Assembly: GCA_015680685.1 (NCBI GenBank)
Contig: MNCI01000424.1
Coordinates: forward strand, 219,813 to 283,812
Length of the DNA stretch: 64,000 nucleotides
Direction: 5' to 3'
Source: Gnetum montanum
Taxonomy: Eukaryota; Plantae; Gnetophyta
Shown: piece after piece, positions 23,931 to 37,800 of the stretch
Position numbering within the stretch: position 1 is the first letter of the stretch
How the letters are laid out: each line of letters opens with the position of its first letter
Made by a program: the position numbers and the translations under genes
The notes under the pieces: generated by a model
What the model saw: only the letters and a program-made list of their open reading frames with translations
What the model was told of the DNA's origin: nothing
Database searches by the model: none

Positions 23931-26900
23931 ATCATAGTTGTAAATGTACACTGTCTCAACCTAATCAAAACATAAACAACACTTTGCAATATTATTATAT
24001 TGCAGCAATATATGCATTACTGATGTTGACAAATTGAATAATCATATAAGAAATCTATGATTGGGACATTGCCATGTTAGCAAGATCTTCATGTATTAGT
24101 GAATTAGTGGATCTAAGCAACTATATCTATAGTAATACAAATTTGAAAAGATAGTTATGTAATAGAAAGAAACAATGCATTGCAAGTACATCCATAAATT
24201 TTAATGGTGACTTTGGAAATTTTAAGAAAATTAATATTTTTAATTATAATTTATTTTTCAAAGGCTTATGTATAGCAAATAAAACTAACATGGCAAAAGA
24301 TGATTTATCAAAAAAGTTCTTGAATATTCATAAGATAATACTAATCATGAATGATGTCAATCCTTATCAAGAAAGAAATTTGGAAGGTCAGGAAGATTAT
24401 GTATTAAGGTGTATTTGTTGGATTTTGTTCATATAATGCTTCATGGTAGGCATTATTGTTCTAAGAAAATCATATAATTTTCAGATATTTTTGTATCCAA
24501 ATATATTTTAAAGGAATATAATTGTAATGATTTTGAATGCATCATCCATGAAAACCTAATATTTGAAAAGCATTCGGAAATGTACATTGACTTGGATCTT
24601 AACATTTGGGATGAAAAAATGTTATCATAAATTATTTCAAATTGTGTTTTTTAAAAATATTCTTTTATGAACATTTGAAAATTAATTAATTAATTTGCAA
24701 ATCCTCATACATTTAAGCTTTTTAAATATTTTAAAATATTAAAAATTATTTTAATCTATCATTTTTTATTCAACTATTAATGACAAGGATGTGGAATCAC
24801 AAAATATTACAATTTATTAAAAAAAATATAATTAGGAGAAATCTAATATAAGAAAATAGTAAAACAATTATGATATCAAATAAGACATGAGTTGTAATGA
24901 GTGTTGTCTTATTATGCAAGAACAAAAATAGCATTGTAAATAATATAATAAAATTTTTAGTTAGTATAGGCATCTTTCATTTAAAGTGTCCAAAGGAATG
25001 AATTGATCTTAAATAGAAATAGTTAGCTTTTGCGCTATCTTTAACTTTCAAAGTTATAGCATTCTTGAATTGATCATAATAATGCCCTTGTTATCTCTTT
25101 TTCCATGTGTTTGTTTGACCTTAATTGTAATTTGAATTGATGGAGCACCCTTCATAATATCAATAACTACTTTGCCTTAATCTTCTAGAAAAACAAATTT
25201 ACCATGATCATTGTCAGAGGTTTATAGGATATACCACATTAAAACCTTCAGTAATAAGTTCTATTTGCATTAATGTGTGAATATGTTTTGTTTCCTTTAT
25301 CCCATCAACATAGGCTTCCTCATTAAGGTAGACGAATGATTTAACAGTGATGTGCTATGATCAACTATCTCCTAAATATCATAATCACTTAACATATATT
25401 TTTATTATGCTCCATAGTATTGTATTGTAGCATGTTGGCTTAAGATTGGACTTATGACTTGTTAATGAGCAGTGAGGGTTCCTAATACTTAACCATACAA
25501 GTTACAAGTGTATCTATGCGGCTAAATCATAATCCATCTGGGACATGTAGGTATACTAATAAGTTGATAAGTTCACAATCATTGTCTTTTCACTAGAGTT
25601 AGCAAAGTGCAAAGCGTATGATTTAACTCTTAGTGAAGTATATGATCAAATGATGTTGTGTGGCTCTAAGTATGTGAATGGAAAACATAGTGAAATGGAT
25701 ATGAATTCTATTACCTAAGAACAATGAGAATATAAGTTATTATAGCCTAATAGTGAAAATTGTCCATTCTAGGTTTGTCGGTACACATCATGGGCTAATG
25801 TAATTATCCGTAAATGACTTGGGAAATGTAAATGACAATGGAAAAGTAAATTGCATAAAAATGTAAATTTAATCTAATTGAGATGTTGTAATGGAAAAGG
25901 ATAATCTAGATCTTTTTTTCCAATCATGAATCATGTCCAAGAACAATCCACTCAAATAAAGATGTTAAATAACTCTGTAGTTTACTGCAAGAATTTTGAA
26001 AATAAACTACAAGAAATTCTCTAAGTGTTGGCAAAAATGTCTTGTTTGACATGATGGTGGACTTGTATATATAGGCATGACCATGGCCTACTACATCGTA
26101 TATTGAGCTACGATATTGCATCTACAATATCATAGTTGTCTAATCAAACTTTATATATCACTTGCAAACTAAAAGCCACACACAACCAAGTGAGCTATGT
26201 CTCATTAATATAAAAACACAAACAATAACCTCTTCCTATTTAAAAAACCTCTCTAAGTTTTTTTTCAACTAGGGGTGGTGGGGGTAGTTGGTGGACCCTT
26301 AAAAGATTTTGTAATATGATTGGAATTCTAGTACTTACTAAGCTTGCACCATGTCTTCCAATTTTGTTATAAGATCGGAAAACCAAGAATAAAAATGAAG
26401 CAAAAAGATAGTGAATAAAGTTATTAAAAACCTAACTGTTATCATTTTTAGGTTTTCCTTGCATAAGTCTATTTCTAAAAATGAGCATCCAAACATCATC
26501 TCCATCAATGCACTTTGCAATCCATTTTTTTATGAGAGAAATACCCTTGTTATAACAATTAATACATTATAAAAAAATTTAAGGACATAATCAGAGAGGA
26601 GTAGTAGGATAACTATTTCAAATTTTGATGATTCAAAAAATTAAAATTGAAAAAAGATTTATAAATTTAGTAGGGAAGCACACATTTTTTAAAACATCAA
26701 CATCAAAATTATAAGTCCATATGCATGTTATAACTACATGCCAATGAATAAAAGAGCCTATGGACAATGTTGAAAGAAACATCAATTTATCATCAAGTTA
26801 TGAATAAAACATTGTATTAAAAATATTTTACGTAAAAAAACAATAATGTAATAACATTGAGCTAAATAAAAATTTGAGATTTTAGAAGATAACCAAATTC

Positions 26901-28176
26901 TTTAAAAAAAATGTGATGCAACATTTACAGAATATTGCTTAACAATATCATTTAAATGAAGACCAAACCTAACACTATTATCATTTTTTCAATTTATAAC
27001 TTGAAGTTTTAAAACTTATTTAGCAACATTTTCCAAGCCAAAAAATTTATAATTTTAACAAAAATGCTACTTATGAGTATTTAGCACATAAGCTAACACC
27101 TCATTGTTTAAAATCCATTTACCTACAAATTATTTTGGCACCATTGTATGTTATTAGCACTTGAAACTACAAACTATTTTAACACTGTTACATATTGTTA
27201 GCCTTTGTTTTAGTGCTGAAAACTCCAGTTCCTCATTTGCTATTTGGAAAACAATCAAATGCACACAAGCTTACTAACATTCACATTCCTTGCCTATCTC
27301 TAGTCACAGCCATGCCAACTCTATAAATTCTACATGGATGCAAGAGCTTGACCACTACCTTCTTGAACCCTACTATGTATCAAATTAAGCAACCCTTTGA
27401 CTGCACCTACACAAACCTAAACCTTAACAACCTTCACTCACATATTAACCATGAGACTTGGCATGGTACAAAATTCTGAATTATAAAGTTGTAATTAGAC
27501 TACATTTAGGGTGTACCTATCTTACAATTATTTTAAGATTCCAATACCCCATATATACAATTATTTGGGGTTTCAACACCCTTAGTCAAAATCTTTCCTT
27601 CTCTCAAAAATAACATTCCACATGCCACGATGCATGAAAAATGAGAAACCACATCTAGACACTCCTTTTTTTAAAAAAAAATTTACTTTTCAATTCCAAT
27701 GATCAACACATTATTGAAAATTCTAGATTTGTTAAACTAATTTTGCAGAAGCATTAGTTAGTTGATCAATTCAAGTCTTCTGTATCCTGTTAAGAGTTCT
27801 GTATATCAACTTACAGCAACATGCAAGATGTTACAAGATGTGATATTACTGACCGGTTACTGACAAACACTTTAGAATGAAAAATAATTAACAAATTACA
27901 ATTCCCCACTTCTAATTTGAATGCCAAAATATACATGAAATTTCCCTATCTGGAGATTCGATCTCAAGTAAAATCTTCTTTGCGTTATCCCATTAGTCAT
28001 ATTAAATTTATTGTGCTGCCAAATCATGCTTAGGCCAATCGGCCAAAAGCCTGGATCCTAAAAATATAGCAAGTTGGAAATAAGCCACTAAAGTTACGAG
28101 ACTGCAGCATTTCTGTACTGTCCAATCAACACCGGCTACGGTATAATATTTGGCTAAAACACCTAGACTATAAGAA

Positions 28177-28884
28177 TCACAATATTGGTATTTGCTGGAT
28201 TTTACAAAGGTGAGAAACTTTCTCTGCAATATCAGTGATTTCTTGCAAACGTGCCTCCAAAAAAGCCTTTAATTGTTCCTGGGAGGCTTCAGTACCATCT
28301 TCTATTGGCTGAGCAGATGTAACAACATTATCTCCATTAGATTTTCCACTACAGAACATAACAAATGATTCCGGTCTGTTCTCCGAATCTTTGCTGGTGT
28401 CTATAATATATTTCCCACTAGCACAAGTCTTAGTTGCCTTGTTAAAAACATCAGATGTTATCTGTTCCATTAGGAATGTTTCGTAAGTTGCCTTCCCATG
28501 GGAGCCAAGAGGATCCATGCATAAGAAAATAAGCATCTCCCAGCAACGTTTGAACTGCTTCTTATTAATCTTTAACTGCTTTCTCACTTCTTCATTTAGA
28601 GATCTTGCTGAAAGCCACAAATTTCTAAGGTCTGATTTCTCAGGTACCTTGGGTCCTGATGGCTCTGCTTTCAGCAATTTCTGAACTGATAGCTTTATTT
28701 CGGGCATAAATTTAGGAAGAGAAATGAGGCGTATTACATCCATGCAATCCCTTAATTTTTGAAGAGCCTCTGATGGTTCCTCGACTGCTACATCATACAG
28801 ATCTGTCTCAACTGCAATCTGATTTACGGCTTGTAAGAGTTGTAAACCATGTCTTTGGCCTTGATACGGAGGAAAGACCAAAAT
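28177..28884 (-). CDS. HAG2: HAT1 exon 10 (terminal)
   Basis: ILVFPPYQGQRHG...IAEKVSHLCKIQQIPIL*; 708 nt in frame. Confidence 0.95.
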   Translation of the reverse strand: MLVFPPYQGQRHGLQLLQAVNQIAVETDLYDVAVEEPSEALQKLRDCMDVIRLISLPKFMPEIKLSVQKLLKAEPSGPKVPEKSDLRNLWLSARSLNEEVRKQLKINKKQFKRCWEMLIFLCMDPLGSHGKATYETFLMEQITSDVFNKATKTCASGKYIIDTSKDSENRPESFVMFCSGKSNGDNVVTSAQPIEDGTEASQEQLKAFLEARLQEITDIAEKVSHLCKIQQIPIL

Positions 28885-31800
28885 CTGTAACCATAAACGA
28901 TCAGGAACTTGTAAAATGATCAAGGTTTGTTGGATTGAAAACGTAGAATAAAAATCTTAAAGAGTAAAGCCTTAAGCTTACCTGACTAATCCTTAATCGA
29001 GTAGTCTCTGGATAATGGTAGAAATGATACACAATACAAAACCCCAAAAGCCTCCAGATCGAACCTCCTTCTTTACATGTATCCTGCTTTATCTTCATGT
29101 AAACTTCCCATCTTGGATCACTCAGATCTATAGGCTCCGCTCCTAATTCCGTAACTATTTGTTATACAACTATTTAAAAAAACAAACACATACTTTTAAC
29201 TCTTTTAAAAACTGCATATGAATATGAATAAGAGCAATGGTAATACCTTCAACGAAAAGAAGGACAAATGGAACTAGTCGTGATAGCCATTCTCGAAATT
29301 GAGGATTGCTTAATTCAAACCGCACAATCTTTAAAACATTCGACGAAGATAAATCAGCTCAATGAATATCATTAAAAATTTGGATCAACAAAATCAGGAA
29401 ATTTGGTCTTTTAAATGTTATTAAAAATTTACGCAATCTTCAGCATATTTTATATCACCTCCTCAGCTGAATCCTGGAAGATTAAGCCATCTAAATTTCC
29501 ATCCAACAACAAATCACTCTCTGGCTTCATTTTCCCAATTTTAATAAGCTTGCCTTCCTTCAATATTAAATTTCTGCAACACATTTAAAACCTCGAAAGG
29601 TCGACATGCTTGAATTCACACAATATCTCAACTATAACAAGAAATAGGAAAATGAATGGAATACACACTTGATGTCCTCCTGATATGTTGCAAGACCATT
29701 GATAAAGGTATCCCGATCTTCTATCAAGGCATTGCCAAACATTTTCTGATAATAACAGCATATTAATATCCAGGTAAAAGCAATAAACTCAGGCATTCAT
29801 GCAAAGAATAATATGCAAAAGTACTTACCTTAACAAGCTCTTTCAAATCTGTTGCCCTCCCATCATTCAAGGCCTGATTTTGCAAACCTTAATGTAATTA
29901 AAAGAATATGATGGTAATGTTCGTTGGGTGATTTCTAATAGGAGATAAGTTAAAAGCTACCTTGGAATTTTTCTCAAACTGGATATCTGCATGGGCATGA
30001 AAAGATAATGCATTCACCCAAATATCGATCTGCATTTCAAAGAGAAACACAAAAATCATTATATGAATAATTGAAGAAAGGCCGAGGCGTTCAAAATTTT
30101 CCAACAGGCGGTGGCTTTTGTGGACACGCAAAAGCTTCGCGTGCAGCTCGACTTGCTGCACTCCCACATCCGGCCCAATTGCAAGTGTGCACATCTGCCC
30201 CACCACCGTTAGCGGGTGACAGAAGTGCACTGTTCTTTCTGAGTTGTACATGTTTTTATTAATACATTCCCGAAACTTCTCTAAAAAAAATCATAGCCCA
30301 CTAAAAGAAGCAACACAGTTTCAGATTGGCAAAGCAAGTTCCAGATTTTCCAGCAGGCTTCCAACATGATCAACTCAGAGGAGTGCAAGATCGTGGATCA
30401 GATCCACATGGCACAGAGCCTAGTTTGTAGTTGTACTTCCTTTCCAATACAAAGATGATGGCCTTTCGCTTTTGTCTTTTTCGAAATGGCATTGCTGCAG
30501 AATTTGGGTTTCTGTGGCTGATTTGCCCACCTGGAGGGTAATTGTAAATATGGGGATACCACAAGAACTTCAGAGTTCCTCAATCTCCCTTTCTACAGTT
30601 TTATTTTATCTTAATATACATCCCAACCGCTTTTTCAACCCGACAAAAAAAAAACACAGAGAGTACACTAGCATACATAGAGGTATATGGTATCAAAATA
30701 AATAAAACATCTTGTATGAAAAAAGGAGTTATATGAAATTTTGTTAATAAATAATATTTCCATGACAATATAGTATTAACACATAATGCAATACCATTAT
30801 TCATTCGTAATCTCAAGTTGTTGAATACCTTAAAATATATATATTTAAATTAAATTTATTATCATGTTTAGTAAAAAACCCTGGTCAAGGTTAAAATTCT
30901 GTTGAGGATTCTTTTGTGAGCAGGATGGGTGTCGCAATGGAGACAGCGGAAAGTCAGCAGAAGGAGAATAGGTAGGCTGTGGACAGGCAGGAGGGTGAGC
31001 AAGTAGGGAGTGCTTGCATGGTGTTGGATGTGGAGGAAGCTGTGGCCACGTTGGTGTGGTGGACTTGGCTAAGGATGGCAAGGCGGGAGAGCCAAAGGCT
31101 GCAAGTTCAAGAGTTTCAAGGGGGACAAGGGAGACGGTAGTAAGTCTCCAGCCAGTCGTGGGTGGAGAGGTAGGACAGATTAGTATCTGTGGGGCTGCAA
31201 CCGGGAGTAGGTGGGCAGCCAGCAGGGGGAAGCATCGAGACTTCCAAACCCTCATGGTAGCCAGGAGTGGGAGGAGTGGAGCATGCAAAGCTTTCTAGAT
31301 GGAAGCTTTGGGTCCATTTTTCGTAGACATTTTTGGATGAAAGAGAAGCTACTCTACAACTCTACTTATTAGGAAAGTCTGTGTCCTCTGAACCATGTCT
31401 TCAAGTTACACAGATCCAGCGTTGGGTGATGATCTTTTCGCAGGGAGTTTCCAAAGTGAAGATCCAGGTCCTTACAAGCGATACCTTGATGTTTATATTC
31501 CAGTCTCAAGAAGACAAAGACAAGGTCCTTGCAAGTATCCATGGTTTTTCAAGGTCCTCACACACAGGAGACCTGGTGCTTAGAACCCCCAACTTTTTGA
31601 TAGGCTCCTGTCTAGATCTAAGTTTTATGGTCTCTCGTGGCAAATTTCGTTACACTAATGAGATCGTGCCCGTACCACAGCTGCTGCTGCTATTAGAAAT
31701 CGGGATAACCGTCGTAGCTCCTAGAGGTTTTAGCGGCCTTCAGAGAATCGGCCTCAACCATGGTCTCTAAAGGCTGCTCTTGCAGGTTACATGGTGCATT

Positions 31801-34800
31801 TTCCAACTATAAAAACGATAAGTAATATAGTTATATTATTTTATTCCTAATGTAACAATATTACCATCCAATCAACCAAATCTCACAAAGCCGCAAGAAG
31901 TATTTCTGTCAACGAATTTGTTTGCAAAAAATCCGGAATCACATGATATTTCCGGAAAAACACTAGCAAGGTTTGTTGCTGATTTCAATACATTTGATAA
32001 ATTAACGGTCAAGAAGCCCTACGAGTTTTGCATGGTTCTACTTTTGGAGGGATCTACAAGGTATTGATCTTTTGACCAAGGTAATTGTCCAAACAGCCTC
32101 AGGAGAAGAAACCCTCAAAGTGGAGAACGAGAATGCCCCTATTGAGGTTGTTATACTAGGTTTAAACGTTAAGCCCCATATGACCCGTGGCCAAGCCCCC
32201 AGTAAACAGGGAAAATAAGGATGTGATATTTTTCAAAAGCCTAATCACTCCTCCGAGGACTATGGCATTTGAAAGCAAAGGCTTGCTACCTATCAACGCC
32301 CTAGCAGTAAAAGCTCACAGGATCAGGTTGTTGTAAGGACCGCTCAAGCTAGGGCTAATAATTCTAATCCAACTAAGAAAGGTACATAGCACACTCCACC
32401 ACAATGTCTACCAAGAACAAGTTCTAGGTTCTTCAATCAATTCAAAAGTGTGAAGCATCCCCTAGGCTAATGGAATCCCAGGAACTAGCACTAATACTTT
32501 GTTCACAATTGGTGAGCTTGATGTCATGAGACAACAGTCGTCAAAGGTCCATGTGGCCTCGCAAAAATCATCGTTTGGGGACCTGTCCTCCAATGGGACT
32601 TGCTAGTCCCGATGTTGTGCCCAGTGGGAAATTGGGTAACGTCATTGCATGGTTCCAATTTTCAACAACCTTCAAGTTTGAGATGAGTTCTTCAACAGGT
32701 GCCCAAGTAGCTCTTGTGGGAGCTAACTCTCCAAAAGGTGGAAGGATATATCATTGATAAACAACAAAAGCTTATTAAGCCTTCAATGCAAGAAACAAGA
32801 GTGAAGGAAACCCTCAAAAACATTGAATTGGAAACTCAGGGAACCTTGAAAGAGATTTATTACAAGAGATCTTATAGCAAGCTATGAAAATTCTCTCTTA
32901 GAATTGCAAGGGGTAAGGTTACTTTAAAAGATTTGATTTTTCAAGGTTAGTGCAACATGATTTTTTTTACAAGAAACAAATTTCTGCTGAATAGGATCAT
33001 TTATTGAACTAGAAAGGATGGTGTTCATTTTTGGTTCATGAGAGAGGTAAGGCAGGAGGTCTGGCTATCCTCTCTAGGAAAAAAATTTTGACATTTCTTC
33101 TACATACTAGTTCCAAACTGTCTATGATGAAGTAACCAATATCTAGTATACAAATCTCTACAAACCACAAAACCATATGAAAGGCTAACTCAGCTCAAGC
33201 TTGCAGTGAGCTCTGTTGTTGACATACATTGCTGGTCATCATGGGGGGCTTTAATTAGAGACTCCATGAATGGGAAAAATTTACAAGACATAGACAGTCA
33301 GGCTCCCAAGATGGAGTCTATGATTGTGTTGCTAGATGATCTGCAGTTAGTCAGTCTTCCCATTCAAGGGTGCAAGTGTTCCTGGTCTAATCAGAGGAAG
33401 GGTGTGGATCTAGTTATGACAACGATTGATCACGCTTGGATCAGCTACCCTACTAGAGAGGAAGGATTTTTTATCACTAGTTTGGATTGAAGAGTTTCTA
33501 ACCACCAACCGATTCTTCTCTCTTTCGGATCCTTCAAGGGCAATTTCACCCCCTTTTGCCTCAAGCAAGTTTGGTTATGCCAACCGAAACTTAGAGATGA
33601 AATTGATGCAATCAGGGGCACATAACCTTTATCTATGGACCCACAAGAGCTCCTAAAGGCTGGGCTATCCAAGGTCAAGACTTTCATTTAGTCCTGACCT
33701 TGGATGGGAAATTTTCCCTTCAAATTCCTTAAAGAAAATTGCTTGACTTAGTTTCGCAATATTCAACAACTACAAGAACAGGGGTGGAAAATGCTAAAGA
33801 GGAAATGCAACTCCTGTAGGAACTTCAAAACTTGAATTACAAAGAAGAGTCATACTAGAAGCATAAATCCAGTGTTGTGGCTTAAATAAAGGGATAGAAA
33901 TACCAAGTTCTTCCATGTAACTGCTAAGACATTTTACGGATCCAAGTGCTCAGGATTGGTAATAAGACACTACTATAGGACAATGACATTGCTAAGGCCT
34001 TGGAGCAGTACTGGAGATAAGAGGAGGCGATAAACAAATCCAGTTTCAGTGGTTGTCGATAAGGTACATGATCAGCATGACAATGCTTGTATACTTGCTA
34101 GTACTTTCAAGGATGAGGTGTGGAGGGCATTATCTACTCTGTGTTCAGGCAAGGCCCAGGGCCAAACGGTTGGCTAGTGGAGTTCTTCAGAGAATTCTTT
34201 GATATTATCAAGAACAATATTGTTGATGCTTTCAACATAATGATGCGATGAAAAGAGGTTAAAAGAAAGATTAACTATTCCAAAATTATTTTGGTCCCGA
34301 AAAGAAAGAACCCCATGTCCCCTAATGACTATCAACCTATTAGGTTTGCAACACCTTGATGATGGTCTTTCCACAATCCTCGTAGCTAGATTGGCACCTT
34401 TGATGGACAGGTTGGTCCACACCTAAATCAAGCAGGCTTTGTGAAGGGAAAATATATCCAGAACCAAATTATTCTCAACCATGAGTTCCTTCACTCAGTT
34501 AATGAGTATAAATTTCTAACTATGTTCCTAAAGTTTGATATTGCTAAAGCATATGACTCTTTAAGCTAGGAAGCTTGGCAGAGCAGCATGATCAAGAAAG
34601 GATTTGACCATATATTTATACAACTCTACATCAATGTCCAATGTACCGGTGGTTCATCCATGAATATTAATGGGAGACTTCAAGGGCTTTCCAACACTCG
34701 GCCTTTGACAAGGAAACCCACTCTCCCCGTATCTTTTTGTCATTTCCATGAATACTATGCTTAGTAACAGAAGTACGAAGGCCATCGTACTATGATACTA

Positions 34801-37800
34801 TGATTAGTATGAAGGTCATAGTGCTACACATAGCACAAATCAAATAGACCCTAGAGAGGGTTGAATAGGAGTTAGAATTTGCTATTAGTCAAGAACTTGG
34901 GAAATACCACCAAGGGATGTGATGATGCCCATTTAGGTATGCCCATTTTTTATTGGAATAAGCTGTAGACATGGACCCACCTCATCAAAAATATTAAAAA
35001 TCAGGTTGATTGTTGGGCTCATTGTTTTCTTTCAAATAAGGGAATGCATCTTTTGGCCTCCTCAATTCTCTCTACCATCACCAAATACGTTGCTTCTATT
35101 TTTTCTGCGTTGCTTATGATTGTAAACAAGATTAATTCTATGCTTAAACATTTCCTCTAGTCTCGCAAGAAGGAGGTCCTTACACCCATCTTTTACATTG
35201 AGATGTTGTGGCAAGACTTGGACAATGTGGGGGCCCAAGTATACCAAGATTTGAGGATTTTAGAATATAATCATAATACAATGTATAATCATCAATTTCA
35301 TAAATATCAAAGATTGTTCGTAATTCCTTGTAAACAAGTCATAAATATCAAAGATTGTTCGTAATTCCTTGTAAACAAGTCATAACAAAAGGACATGACT
35401 TATCGTGCAAACCATTACAACCTTATTCATGGAACATAAGTAGCTATTAATCAATTACAAAGAAGTGACATGGAGAATAAGAAGATGTCGTGAAAAAATA
35501 ATTTGAAGATTAAGAGGACACTATGTGCAAGTAACGATGAATCATAAGAAAAGATATTGGACATAGCATCATACAGAAGACAATCAGAATCAAAACCACA
35601 AGAAATTGAAGATACACGTCCAAAGTAAGAAAATAGTCAGTACTAAGAAATGTAATCAAACAAAAGAGTCATTACAATCCATAGATTAGTAATGATGAGC
35701 CAAAAAGCCAAAAGGTTATCAAGTTATTTGCAAGAGAAAAGAGTGAAGTTCGGATCTAGTTTCCTATATAGGACAAGAAGATCCAAGAAGAGCCATTCAT
35801 AATTTGGTCCAATTTCCTAAAGAGGAAGAGAAGACCATCTGGAAGGTTACGATGGAATGAAGAAGATGACTATCAAGAAGGATAGGCTATGATTGAGGTA
35901 GTAGTCCATCATAGGTCAAGCTGTGGATCTTTGAGGAGCCCAAGAAGGTCCAACCCACACAAGACTGACCAACCAGGAAATTTTCGACTAGACCTATCAT
36001 GAGTAGCATGCAAAGGCAGGTATCATAAGGATGTAGCCAAAAGAAAGATTAAGAAGAAGAAGACATCGTTATGAAAAAGAGATTCGAAACAAGATTGAAA
36101 GACACGAAGAATGACTGCAGAATGTAAACAATATGATTACAAAAGATGTATAACGATGAGTTGTTTAACCAATAAATGACTGCAGAATGTAAACAATATG
36201 ATTACAAAAGATGTATAATGATGAGTTGTTTAACCAATAAGTTATATATTAAGTTTTCTCATAACCTAAAGAATCCTTATATAATTAGAGTTGTCCAAGA
36301 AACATAAAACCAAACTCTAATAGAGGATTGTATCCTGATTGGGTAACACAAATTGATTTAGAGGATTGTTGCCCAGGAGGACATCCCCTGGGTTCAACTT
36401 ATCTCCAAAAAGTACCAACCTTGGCACTACCACTTGGGAGACTCCATGCTTTGGAAGGCTCTCTGTAGATTTAAAATTATCATATATGGGGTGCATGTTC
36501 AGCTGAATTACGGGACAAGGGACCTCTTGTTGATGAAGTATGGAAAATTGCCCAACTAGCACATCATATGAAAAGGTCGGGTGCCAAAAAAAATTAAGAT
36601 GTTTGCTTGGCTTCTAAAACACAATGCTATCCATACAAGGTCCTTGAAGGGAGATGCCAATGGATACAATGTACATCCTATGCCACAACAAAACTTCTAA
36701 GATAACTGATCACCTTATATTCACTTGTGATTATAGCAAGCAAATCTTAGTGGCCATAGCCATCTGTAATCCGTCAGAGTTGACAGAAAATTATCCCAAT
36801 GCTATTGTCACCTAGTTTATTTGAAAAGCCAGCCAATTCCATCTCCTTGGTTGTTGGCAGTTTGTGCTATTAGGCAACGGCATGAAAGCTGTAACACCAT
36901 GACAGTTACCTCTACCATTCAATAGGATCAGTTGGGATGCCTTTCTTTCATTGTTGCGTGGTAAGTGGAATTTTATCACAACACAATTCTACTCATGATG
37001 AAGAGGGAATGCTACAACCTTCAAAGATGCTCAGATTTTGGTCATGGAGAAGCATCTTAACAAGTACTTGGATGTGTTGTCTGAGGAGTAATTGTCCCTG
37101 GTACCAAGGGCCTACAGGGGACATGGATGAATTCTTTCCATATAGTGTTCAAACAACTGTAAGTGGTCAAATCTCCAGGACCTCTCTAGCTCCTTTTTGG
37201 CAGCACATGGTAGAGGTTGTATAAAGATTTTTAGTTCAATCTGGCAACTCATCTGAGTTGCAGGCCATTCATTTTTTGCTTCTTAAATGTCTCAAGCTAA
37301 GCCACAAGCTCAACGTTCCAAGGTTTTTTCTTGCATGCTTTTAGAAGCAGTAGCTGCATCAGCACTCTGGGCTGATTTTGGTACATTGCCAGGCAGCACC
37401 GGCTGAGACAAAGCTCACTGCATGTGCTACAAAGGCCAGTACTCCTTCACATCGAAGATTCTGCCTCTCCTACTCAAGAAGGAAGCCTCAGGTGGTTGAG
37501 CATGTGGCATCAACTTCATCGCAGACTATCCCTAATGTCCCATCAACACAGGAACCTTTTCACCAAGGTGAGGTGAGGGGAGAACCAAAAACAGAAGAGT
37601 CCTTATGCTACAAAATCAAAAAAGAAATAAATGAAGCAGAAATATATGAGCCAGTAGGGAAAGAAAACAGGAAATTTGAGAGGAGGCCATGGAATTCACA
37701 AGGATAGAAATTCTCAAGACACCGAAGATATTGAGGTCTGCATGGAATTTGAAGCCCAGAAGAGATGCCTAAGGCCCAAATTAAGAAAGGACTCCCACAA

